Below, one piece after another: positions 40,282-49,013 of a stretch of DNA of 64,000 nucleotides (its first letter is position 1; every line of letters begins with the position of its first letter). The notes beneath the pieces are model-generated. The model was not told the origin of the DNA and did no database searches. It saw only the letters and a list, made by a program, of their open reading frames with translations. The stretch spans positions 1,568,001 to 1,632,000 of the forward strand of contig CBDCVK010000010.1 of NCBI GenBank assembly GCA_965223005.1, written 5' to 3'. Source of the DNA: Terriglobia bacterium. GTDB taxonomy: Bacteria > Acidobacteriota > Terriglobia > JAJPHL01 > JAPKYU01. Position numbers and translations under genes: made by a program.

Positions 40282-41187
40282 ATGCGGGTACTTGCCTTAC
40301 TCGTTTTCCTGACGTTAACTCTCGCAGGAGATGGATGGGCCAACGGTTTTGACCATACGACGTTGGACCGGGTGTTGAAGGGGTATGTGAACGAGATCGG
40401 CGAGGTCGACTACGCCGGTCTGAAGAAGAATCCCGCCGAGCTGGACCGCTATGTGGAGATGCTGGCCGCGACCAGCCCGGCCAACCGCCCGCATCTTTTT
40501 CCCACCCGCGACGATCGGCTCGCCTACTGGCTGAACGCCTATAATGCGTTTGTGCTGAAAGCGGTCTCGGCTGCCTACCCGGTGAACAGTGTGCGCGATA
40601 TGGGGTTCCTCTACAGCTTTTTCTGGCGGCGAAAGTTTCTGGCCGGCGGCCAGCAGATGACGCTGACGCATCTGGAAAACCAGATGATTCGCAGGCGATT
40701 CGGCGATCCGCGTATTCACTTCGCCCTGGTCTGTGCCTCCCTGAGTTGCCCCTTGCTGCCGCGTGAGGCTTTCACTGGCCCCGCGCTCCAGGAGCAGTTG
40801 GAGCGAGCCGCCCGCCTGTTCATTAACCAAAAGCGGAACCTCACGATGGACACGACCGCGAACCGAGTCTACCTGTCGGGGCTGTACAACCTGAGCGACT
40901 ACGAAAAGGATTTTCTTCAGCACCTTCGCAAGCGGAACCCCGACCGCAAGGTCACCCTGCTCGACTATATCCTCCCGTATCTAACCCCCAACCGCAAGGT
41001 CACCCTGCTCGACTATATCCTCCCGTATCTAACCCCCAGGAACTTGCAAGCACTGAATTTCCTGAGGAACCCCAAGATCGAATTCCTCCGCTACGACTGG
41101 TCCATCAATGACCCGGGCTCGCGTGCCCGCGCCGGTGCGGTTCAAGAACGAGAGCTGGCCAGAGGGAGCCCACGACGACGACGGTAG
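40282..41187 (+). CDS. DUF547 domain protein
   Basis: 'VDYAGL', 'LAYWLNAYNA', 'DPRIHFALVCASLSCP' and 'YDWSIN'. Confidence 0.92.
   Translation: MRVLALLVFLTLTLAGDGWANGFDHTTLDRVLKGYVNEIGEVDYAGLKKNPAELDRYVEMLAATSPANRPHLFPTRDDRLAYWLNAYNAFVLKAVSAAYPVNSVRDMGFLYSFFWRRKFLAGGQQMTLTHLENQMIRRRFGDPRIHFALVCASLSCPLLPREAFTGPALQEQLERAARLFINQKRNLTMDTTANRVYLSGLYNLSDYEKDFLQHLRKRNPDRKVTLLDYILPYLTPNRKVTLLDYILPYLTPRNLQALNFLRNPKIEFLRYDWSINDPGSRARAGAVQERELARGSPRRRR
40943..41038 (+). repeat. Perfect in-frame 48-bp tandem duplication
   Basis: ACCGCAAGGTCACCCTGCTCGACTATATCCTCCCGTATCTAACCCCCA twice. Confidence 0.95.
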
Positions 41188-41353
41188 CCCACTACGGCGA
41201 TGAAGTGTGTCGCTGTCAGACGGCAGCGTGGTGCCGGTGCGTTGCGCCCCAGCGGTCTTCTCCATTTCACGGTTCGGACTTCGCCCTGGAATATGGCAGA
41301 ATAGAACGCGTCTTGTGGGCACAAATTCAGCTTCTGCGTGTGGCGAGGCTTCC

Positions 41354-42349
41354 TTGACTCAATCGCGGACGAAAATCACCTCCCTGGGAGTCTACGTTCC
41401 TCCCCGAGTGCTGACGAATGCTGACCTGGAACAGATGGTGAATACGACCGAGCAGTGGATCCTGGAGCGAACGGGAATTCACACGCGGCACTTGGTCAGT
41501 GACGGAATGGCCACTTCCGACATGGCGGTGGAAGCGGCCCGTACGGCGCTGGCAGCGCGCGGCCTGGATCCGCGGGACGTGGAAGTGATTCTGGTCGCCA
41601 CCGTGACCCCCGATATGTTGTTCCCGGCCACCGCCTGCTTGGTCCAGGACAAGCTCGGGGCGCGCGGCGCCTGGGGGTTCGATCTGTCAGCCGCCTGCTC
41701 CGGCTTCCTCTACGCGCTGATCGTGGGCACCCAATTTATTGCCAACGGGGCGCACCGGCGCATCCTGGTCGTTGGCGCCGACACCATGTCCAGCATCGTT
41801 GATTACACCCACCGCGCCACCTGCGTGCTGTTCGGGGATGCCGCCGGCGCCGTGCTGTTGGAGCCGGCAGATGCCGGCGAGCAGGGCCTGATCGATTACC
41901 TGCACGAAATTGACGGCGCCGGCGGCGGCGCCTTGCACATGCCGGCCGGGGGCAGCCGTCGCCCGGCCAGCGAGGAAACCGTGCGCCAGCGCATGCACTA
42001 CGTGCACCAGGACGGACGGCAGGTATTCAAATACGCAGTCCGCAAGATGTACGACATCTGCAAGGGGCTGTTGGACCGCAATGGGCTGACGGGGCGCGAC
42101 GTCCGGGTCCTGGTTCCCCACCAGGCCAACCGGCGCATCATCGAGGCCACGGCTGAGCGCCTGGGTCTGGGGTGCGACCAGGTGATCATCAACATTGATG
42201 AGTACGGCAACACAACCGCCGCCACCATTCCTCTGGCACTGGCCACGGCTGTGCAGGCCGGAAAACTCAACAAGGGGGATCTGGTGCTGCTGACGGCCGT
42301 GGGGGCAGGATATACGGCGGGAGCGGCCCTGCTGCGCTGGACGATTTGA
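41354..42349 (+). CDS. fabH: Beta-ketoacyl-ACP synthase III
   Basis: Catalytic triad motifs 'AACSGF', 'PHQAN' and 'YGNT', plus 'LFGDAAGA'. Confidence 0.95.
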   Translation: MTQSRTKITSLGVYVPPRVLTNADLEQMVNTTEQWILERTGIHTRHLVSDGMATSDMAVEAARTALAARGLDPRDVEVILVATVTPDMLFPATACLVQDKLGARGAWGFDLSAACSGFLYALIVGTQFIANGAHRRILVVGADTMSSIVDYTHRATCVLFGDAAGAVLLEPADAGEQGLIDYLHEIDGAGGGALHMPAGGSRRPASEETVRQRMHYVHQDGRQVFKYAVRKMYDICKGLLDRNGLTGRDVRVLVPHQANRRIIEATAERLGLGCDQVIINIDEYGNTTAATIPLALATAVQAGKLNKGDLVLLTAVGAGYTAGAALLRWTI

Positions 42350-42399
42350 CGCAGCAGCCACCAGCGAGGAGGCTTGGCTTGGGCCGCTACTGCGAGCAT

Positions 42400-43032
42400 A
42401 TGACGAAGGCTTTGGCAACCCCGCTGCTCAGTGCCTTGCTGGCTTCTGTCTGCCTGGCGCAGGTAGTGACGCCGCGAGGGCACTTTGCTGCCATTTATGA
42501 GGCACCTGATCCAATCTCCCCCATGGTGGCCGAAGTAGAGCCCACCGGCCGCTGGCGCCTGCAATTTACGGGTGCCAAGATTGCCGCGCGGCTGCCGAAG
42601 GAGTCCTCAGCCTTTCAGTTCGCCTTTTTGCTCCCGGGGCGCGACACTGGCAAAACGGTCCTGGCGCGGGTCCACATCCCGGGGAAGAAAGACCAGGGGT
42701 GGGTAGAGTCGGCGAAAGTGGAGGTATCCCCAGCGCGCTTCTGGAAGATTCCGACCGATACGCCGCTGTTTGCGCCCATGCGGGGCCGCGACCTGCCGCC
42801 ACTGCGAGTGGCCCCCCTGCCCGCGGGTTTGCAGAATCGTCCCTGTTCCTATTTGCTTCTGGTGGATACGGAAGGAAAGGTAGCCAGCCTCCGCCCGATG
42901 GAAGACGCCACCGATCCTGCGTTGGAAGCTGCCCTACGGCAATTCCAGTTCGCCCCTGCGGTCGTCGAGGGCGAGCCCACCCACGTGCTGTTGGCTATCC
43001 GCGTTGAACCTCGCTCTCGGCCGCGCCGCTAG
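42400..43032 (+). CDS. Secreted hypothetical protein (TonB-C-like tail)
   Basis: Signal peptide; C-terminal 'LVDTEGKV..ALRQFQFAPAVVEGEP'. Confidence 0.6.
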   Translation: MTKALATPLLSALLASVCLAQVVTPRGHFAAIYEAPDPISPMVAEVEPTGRWRLQFTGAKIAARLPKESSAFQFAFLLPGRDTGKTVLARVHIPGKKDQGWVESAKVEVSPARFWKIPTDTPLFAPMRGRDLPPLRVAPLPAGLQNRPCSYLLLVDTEGKVASLRPMEDATDPALEAALRQFQFAPAVVEGEPTHVLLAIRVEPRSRPRR

Positions 43033-43035
43033 CGG

Positions 43036-44316
43036 TTGCCCCCCAGTCGAGGCTTCCGGCTCGACTGCGAGCCGGGGGTCAGTTTGAGTCTCTTAGAAAG
43101 GCTTTTGCAAACGGCAGCAGCGAGAAAACTCGTCGTCCTTACCGGCTTGCTTCTAGTAACCCTTATCGTAGGTTGCGGCTACGACCAGCAGGCTCCGCCG
43201 GCCCCAAAGGAGGCGTTCTCGGCAAAGAAGATAGACGCCACCGTGGGCGGCGAACCGGTCGTCGTATTGAACGCACCTAAGTCAGGCAATGGAGGGCTCC
43301 AAATACTGAAGGTCTACATCCTTCCAGGGCGCTCCATGAACATTTATCAAATGCAGGCTTACGTGCCGGGCAGGGGCACCTTCGAGATGTTCCAATCGCC
43401 TTCTCTTGAGGCCGTCAGGGAGATCATGAACGGCGGCCCTCAGGACTCTCACGGAGAGCAATCATACCAAATGGGAGGTGCGTTTCTCCTTCCCTACGCA
43501 AATCGCATTCGCGGGAAATTCCTGCCTGATGAAAACCGCATCCAGGCCCGGATTCTGGACAAGGCCGTCAAGCTGCCGGCGACCGGCCAGGGTAAGGCGC
43601 CAGGAGCGGAGAAGTGTGCGGTGCACGGGCTGTTTCTGCGAAACCGCATGGATGAAGTTACATTGGAGTCCGGCCCGGGCGAGGCGAAGGTGACCGGGCG
43701 GCTCGACGCGGGAGACTTCCAGGGCCAGTGGTTGTCGAAGACTTTTCTCACTGTGACCGCAACTCTGCGGGCCGATTCCTTCGTGTTCTCGGTCACGGCA
43801 AAAAACATTGGCGACGAGCTGTTGCCGATGGGAGTCGCCTGGCATCCCTATTTCTTGTTCCCGAGCGGCAGGCGCGAGCAGGCGAGGCTGCACCTTCCGG
43901 TGCGAAGGCGGCTTCTGGTAAACAATTACGACGATGTCTTTCCCACTGGGGAGGTCGCCGCCATTCAAAGCACGCCGTTCGATTTTTCTGAAGCCCAGGG
44001 CAAGGAACTCGGGCAGATGTACTTAGATGATTGCTTCGTAGGTCTGGTCAGGAATGCGGACGGCCACGCGGCCGCCTCTGTAGTCGATCCTTTAGCGAGC
44101 TACGGGGTTCGCGTCACTGCCCTGAGCCCCTCGATCCAGGTCTTTCAGGTAGCGGCGCCTACCGATGAGCCCATGATTGCAATCGAACCGCAGACACATT
44201 GGACCGACCCATTCAGCAAGATCTGGGGTCCCCAACAGGAACGCACCGGAATGGCGATTCTTCGTCCGGGCCAGTCGGTCACTTACGAAGTCGAGGTCAG
44301 GTTGTTCAAACCATAA
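43036..44316 (+). CDS. Aldose 1-epimerase family lipoprotein
   Basis: Lipobox 'IVGC'; 'PYANRI', 'VHG', 'WHPYF', 'LDDCF' and 'IAIEPQ'. Start uncertain. Confidence 0.88.
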   Translation: MPPSRGFRLDCEPGVSLSLLERLLQTAAARKLVVLTGLLLVTLIVGCGYDQQAPPAPKEAFSAKKIDATVGGEPVVVLNAPKSGNGGLQILKVYILPGRSMNIYQMQAYVPGRGTFEMFQSPSLEAVREIMNGGPQDSHGEQSYQMGGAFLLPYANRIRGKFLPDENRIQARILDKAVKLPATGQGKAPGAEKCAVHGLFLRNRMDEVTLESGPGEAKVTGRLDAGDFQGQWLSKTFLTVTATLRADSFVFSVTAKNIGDELLPMGVAWHPYFLFPSGRREQARLHLPVRRRLLVNNYDDVFPTGEVAAIQSTPFDFSEAQGKELGQMYLDDCFVGLVRNADGHAAASVVDPLASYGVRVTALSPSIQVFQVAAPTDEPMIAIEPQTHWTDPFSKIWGPQQERTGMAILRPGQSVTYEVEVRLFKP

Positions 44317-44322
44317 TCGTTG

Positions 44323-45549
44323 GTGGTCTCAACCCATCGACGCAACACTTTGCCTTGAAAGGAGGAGGTGGAGTGTATGCGGATGAAGCAAAGAGCTCGT
44401 CGCGGTTACACGCTGGCGGAACTGGAGGAGGTGTGGGATCGGTGGAAACGAGGGGAGTCGCTCAAGTCGATTGGACGAGTGTTTGGTAAGCAGCCATCGT
44501 CTGTTTACCATCAGCTTGCTCCGTACGGAGGCATCCGTCCTCGGCCACCACGCCGTTCATGTTGGGCACTGACGTTGTCGGAGCGCGAAGAGATCTCTGG
44601 AGGCATTGCGGCACATCAATCGATACGATCCATCGCCGGGTTGCTGGGTCGCTCACCATCGACGGTGAGCCGGGAGATTCGGCGGAATGGCGGCGATAAT
44701 GACTATCGAGCAGCGGAGGCCGATGAGCAAGCCGGGGAGAGGGCCCGCCGGCCGAAGCGGTGTCAGCTGGTCAAGCATCCACAACTACGCCGGGTAGTGG
44801 CCAGAAAGCTCAGCATAAACTGGTCGCCTGAGCAGATCGCCAGCTGGCTGAAACGAGCCTATCCGAAGGATCCGTCCTATCACGTGTCTCACGAGACCAT
44901 CTACCGCAGCCTGTTTGTTCAAGCCCGCGGTGCGCTGAAGGCAGAGCTGATGCAGCATCTGCGGTCAAAGCGGACGATTCTTCGATCCCGACATGCAAGT
45001 CTGAGAGGCCATGGACGAGGACAGATCACCGACATCGTATCGATCCGTGAGCGCCCGGCCTCGGTCGAAGATCGTGCCGTGCCCGGTCATTGGGAAGGCG
45101 ATCTGCTGTCCGGATCGAAGAACAGCCACATTGCGACTCTGGTCGAACGTCATACGCGCTACGTGATGCTTACGAAAGTATCCAGCAAGAAAACGGAGAC
45201 GGTCGTGTCGGCGCTCATCAAGCACGCGAAGAAGCTGCCGACGGAACTGTACAAATCTCTGACTTGGGATCGAGGCCTGGAGCTCGCCGAGCATCGACGG
45301 TTCACGTTGGCGACCGACATTGACGTATACTTCTGTGATCCTCAGAGTCCATGGCAGCGCGGTTCGAATGAGAACACCAACGGTCTACTCCGACAGTACT
45401 TCCCCAAGGGAACGGACTTGTCGGTGCACTCTCAGGCGCATCTGAACAAGGTGGCACGTCAGCTGAACGAACGGCCCCGTCAGACGCTGGAGTTTGAAAC
45501 TCCGGCAGAACGATTTAACGCTTGTGTTGCATCGACCGGTTGAGCTGGC
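44323..45549 (+). mobile_element. IS30-family insertion sequence
   Basis: Imperfect TIRs GTGGTCTCAACCCATCGACGCAACAC and (reverse complement) GCCAGCTCAACCGGTCGATGCAACAC around an intact transposase; no clear TSD. Confidence 0.9.
44368..45543 (+). CDS. IS30 family transposase
   Basis: 'LGRSPSTVSREI', 'WSPEQI', 'SHETIY', 'GHWEGD', 'TWDRG.E' and 'PWQRGSNENTNGLLRQYFPKG'. Confidence 0.97.
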   Translation: MECMRMKQRARRGYTLAELEEVWDRWKRGESLKSIGRVFGKQPSSVYHQLAPYGGIRPRPPRRSCWALTLSEREEISGGIAAHQSIRSIAGLLGRSPSTVSREIRRNGGDNDYRAAEADEQAGERARRPKRCQLVKHPQLRRVVARKLSINWSPEQIASWLKRAYPKDPSYHVSHETIYRSLFVQARGALKAELMQHLRSKRTILRSRHASLRGHGRGQITDIVSIRERPASVEDRAVPGHWEGDLLSGSKNSHIATLVERHTRYVMLTKVSSKKTETVVSALIKHAKKLPTELYKSLTWDRGLELAEHRRFTLATDIDVYFCDPQSPWQRGSNENTNGLLRQYFPKGTDLSVHSQAHLNKVARQLNERPRQTLEFETPAERFNACVASTG

Positions 45550-45969
45550 AACCCTTAACTTATAGGAGCCGGGTGGCAAGGAAACCTTAGAATGACCGAC
45601 GCTATAAAACTGGTCAGTCCCTGTATAGGGGTTCTCGACCTTCTTGGAGAGCAGGGCTACCGCCCGTTCCAAAGTCAACCGTGCGGGTTCCTCCTGGGCC
45701 ATATCGCAATCGCCATCAACAGGCAATGCATCCTCCGCGATGTAGCCGTGGCCTTCCTTGTCCAGTAGTTCAACCCGGGCCGGAGTAGGCTGCCCAGAGT
45801 CGGCATCCGCAATGGTCAATTTCAGTGTTCCAGGTTTGGGGTTGCTTTGCGCAAAACCCAAAGGAGAATTCTTGAGAACAAGGATTATTCCAGTCAGAAT
45901 GAGCAAACCCATGAAGGTTTGGAAAAACCGTGAGGCCGTATGACCATTAGTTCTTCTTACTTTGTTCAT
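45550..45969 (-). pseudogene. Exported protein truncated by IS30 (N-terminus resembles CehA/McbA-type hydrolases)
   Basis: Signal/TM segment then 'GTLKLTIADADSGQPTPARV..VSLPPGSYKLRV'; the frame runs directly into the IS30 right TIR. Confidence 0.65.
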
Positions 45970-46084
45970 CGCCCAAAACCTTTCTAGCTTGCCTCGCTGG
46001 GGAACCGGAAATTGGTATCCGTTAATACGACTTGGGAATCCACGATTCCAGTGACAACTTTCCTGAAATCTTTCCGGGGACTCC

Positions 46085-47410
46085 TCAGGCTGCGGTTGGT
46101 TTCCAGCGGATCAGGCACCCTCCTTTGGCCGGATAGTTCCCGTATGCGGTCAGAATGTGCCCATCGTCCAGCAACGTTGAGTAAAGGTGTCCGCAGGTTA
46201 TTGCCCAGGGCGTCCCGTCCGCAAACTCAAAGTCATCCAGCAGGTAGCGGTGTCCCATATCCCAGGTCTGTCCGTTATCCCGGCTGATGACCGCCCCGCA
46301 ACCTCGACGGTAACTGGCCAATCGGCCGCCTTGAACATCCTGCCGCATGATGTGGGTCAACACGATAACCCCGTTCGGCATGAGCAACAGGTGTCCATGC
46401 TGTCGTCCCGACTCGTAGAGCACCTGGGGCGCAGACCAGGTCTTGCCCTCGTCCTTGGAGATGGAAATCGCGGTCCCGCAGAGATTGTCATTCACGGTGT
46501 GCAGCAGTGGGGGTGGAATATGGGTTCTTAGGGACGCGACTAGCCAACCGTTAGCCGACCGCACGAAGGAGCTTTCTCCCACGCTCCGCGTGTAGCTCTT
46601 CCCCTGGTATTCCTCCTGCCAGCGCCATTCCTTCGGCACGGTTTCATTGGTCCAAGTACGCCCTCCGTCACGGGACCAACGCAGAAAACAGAACGATGGG
46701 CCCCCCGGCCAATCACCTTCCTTGAAGTTCCATCCCCCCGCGGCGATCCTCGTCGCCACCCCCTTCGCATCCCGGTCGACCAACGGGTTGCCTTCGCCAT
46801 GGAAGAGTCCACCATTCGGCGGGGGCTGCAGAGGTTTCCGCTCGGGCCAGGTGCGTCCGTAATCGCTGCTGAAATATTGCATGGGGCGCTTTGGAATCTG
46901 GGTGTGAAATCTCAGGTTACCCTTACCCAGATAGGTCAACATCACCGGGCGACTGACCGCATTTTCAATGCGCTTTAGCTTCGTCCACGATTCCCCCCGG
47001 TCACGGCTGAAAGCGATGGCAGGTCTTTCGATCCTCTTTTCCCCGCTGGCTTCCACTCCTCGGAGGCCCCACTCGCCTTGATTCTCACATCCTATGAGGA
47101 CAACCTCACCGTTGTCCATTTGGGCCACGCCGAAGGGGCAGAACGACTTGAACTTGGGGTCGTTGTAGGCGAGCTTGCCATTATCCCAATGGAGCAGCTG
47201 AATCTCAGCAGGTCGTAGAACCCACCCTCCCTTGCCATCGGCTTGCTTCATCCAGTGCGGCTTGAAGCCAAGGTGTCCTTGGTCCTCCCCTGAGCCTGTT
47301 GCAGAGCTGGCCGGATTTGGTACGGGAGAGGAACGCAAGGACTTGGACCTGAGAGGTGACAGGACCGTCAGGGCTCCTGCTTGTTTTAGAAAGGCACGTC
47401 GGTTTTTCAC
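46085..47410 (-). CDS. Tat-exported Asp-box (BNR/sialidase-like) beta-propeller
   Basis: 'RRAFLK' Tat motif and five Asp boxes (SRDRGESW, SSDYGRTW, SRDGGRTW, SKDEGKTW, SRDNGQTW). Confidence 0.88.
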   Translation of the reverse strand: MKNRRAFLKQAGALTVLSPLRSKSLRSSPVPNPASSATGSGEDQGHLGFKPHWMKQADGKGGWVLRPAEIQLLHWDNGKLAYNDPKFKSFCPFGVAQMDNGEVVLIGCENQGEWGLRGVEASGEKRIERPAIAFSRDRGESWTKLKRIENAVSRPVMLTYLGKGNLRFHTQIPKRPMQYFSSDYGRTWPERKPLQPPPNGGLFHGEGNPLVDRDAKGVATRIAAGGWNFKEGDWPGGPSFCFLRWSRDGGRTWTNETVPKEWRWQEEYQGKSYTRSVGESSFVRSANGWLVASLRTHIPPPLLHTVNDNLCGTAISISKDEGKTWSAPQVLYESGRQHGHLLLMPNGVIVLTHIMRQDVQGGRLASYRRGCGAVISRDNGQTWDMGHRYLLDDFEFADGTPWAITCGHLYSTLLDDGHILTAYGNYPAKGGCLIRWKPTAA

Positions 47411-47501
47411 GTTCTTAGCCTCCTAAGCGAAGGGGTTTTGGCGGACGCCCGTGCGGCTCAGCGGATCGTGGTCGCTCAATCCGGAAATCGGCAACCCGAG
47501 G

Positions 47502-47591
47502 TGGCGGAGGAGGAGGGATTCGAACCCCCGACACCCTTTCGGGTGTGCTGGTTTTCAAGACCAGTGCCATCAACCGCTCGGCCACTCCTCC
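47502..47591 (-). tRNA. tRNA-Ser(TGA)
   Basis: GGAGGAG acceptor stem, loop CTTGAAA, long variable arm, GTTCGAATC, G73 and CCA. Confidence 0.96.
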
Positions 47592-47770
47592 GCGGCTGCC
47601 ACTAGAAGCGAGCTAGAGAGGCTTTGCCCTCCTTCTCGTCCCATGGTTTTCAAGGCTGGGGCAACATTGTCAAGTGTGACAGAACCGCAACCACGCTTCA
47701 ACTGTCCCTGTACTTTCGGTGCCAGATTGCCATAGGATTCTGAAAACCAAGTGCCGGAGATTCATCTGCT

Positions 47771-48700
47771 TTGATCCGAGTGGAAAAGTTGCAGAAGGAG
47801 TTTGACGAGCTGGTGGCCGTGAATGACCTGGAGATGGTCGTTCCGGAAGGAGAAATCTACGGCCTCATCGGCCCCAACGGGGCCGGCAAGACAACCACCA
47901 TCCGCATGGCCTGCGGGTTGCTGGAGCCGACCGGCGGTAAGGTCTTCATTTCTGGCGTAGATGTACACCGTCAGCCGGAGCGAGCGCAGCAGTTCGTTGG
48001 CTACCTATCCGATTTCTTTTCCGTGTACGAAGATCTCAAGGTCTGGGAGTACCTGGACTACTTCGCCCACGCCTACAAAATGCCAGAGACCGAGATTGCC
48101 ACGCGCATTGACGAAGTGATCCAGGAGGTGGGTCTGGAGGTGAAGCGCGACGCCATGATCAAGGGCCTCTCGCGCGGCATGAAACAGCGCCTGGGCATTG
48201 CCCGCGCCGTGATCCACCGCCCGCGGGTGCTGTTGCTGGACGAGCCCGCCTCCGGCCTGGACCCGAAGGCCCGCGTCGATCTGCGCAATCTGCTCCAGTC
48301 CTTGCGGGACCAGGGGACGACCGTGCTGATCTCCTCCCACATCCTTACCGAATTGGAGGGTTTCTGCACTTCCATCGGGCTTATGGAAAAAGGCCGGATG
48401 GTCCGCAGTGGAAAGATTGAGGAAATCACTGCCGCCGAAAGCAGCTACCGCGTGGTGCGCTTTAGCTGGGTAGGCGATGCCGCCAGCGCCGTGGAATCCA
48501 GTCTGCAGGCTAATCCCAAAGTTTCCGGCCTGCTGGTGAAAGGACGCGAGGCAGTGTTCAAGTTCGTCGGCGAAGAAGAGGAGCTGGCCGGGCTGCTCGC
48601 CAACCTGGTGGCCGCCGGAGTCCGCATAGTCTCCTTCGGGGAGGTCAAGAAAACCGTCGAGGACCTATACCTGAAGCTTTCCGGCCATGAGGTCATGTAG
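47771..48700 (+). CDS. ABC transporter ATP-binding protein
   Basis: 'GPNGAGKTT', 'LSRGMKQR', 'LLLDEP' and 'SSH'. Confidence 0.95.
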   Translation: MIRVEKLQKEFDELVAVNDLEMVVPEGEIYGLIGPNGAGKTTTIRMACGLLEPTGGKVFISGVDVHRQPERAQQFVGYLSDFFSVYEDLKVWEYLDYFAHAYKMPETEIATRIDEVIQEVGLEVKRDAMIKGLSRGMKQRLGIARAVIHRPRVLLLDEPASGLDPKARVDLRNLLQSLRDQGTTVLISSHILTELEGFCTSIGLMEKGRMVRSGKIEEITAAESSYRVVRFSWVGDAASAVESSLQANPKVSGLLVKGREAVFKFVGEEEELAGLLANLVAAGVRIVSFGEVKKTVEDLYLKLSGHEVM

Positions 48701-49013
48701 TGCAGTTCTGGCGGAACCCGGAACTGGTGCGGCACGCCCGGGCTGATTTGCGCCCGGCGCGCGCGCTGATAACCGGGCTGCTGGTCCTGGTGATTTGCCT
48801 CCTCACGGCGCTGGCCTGCTGGAGCGCTGAGCCTGACAACTTTCGCCTCTTCTCCCGCCTGTTTTATAGCTGGTTGCTCGGGATGCAGTTCGCGGTGATG
48901 AGCTTCTGGTGTGCCTCGGCCTGCGGCCAGGCGATTTCGCGCGAGCGGGAACTGAAGACCTTCGACTTCTTGAAAACCACCCGCTTGACCGCGGGCGAGC
49001 TATTGCTTGGAAA

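Noticed and set aside
47502-47591. tRNA-Sec / selenoprotein system
   Set aside because: The anticodon is TGA (Ser), not TCA. I noticed no in-frame UGA at a catalytic Cys position in the redox proteins.
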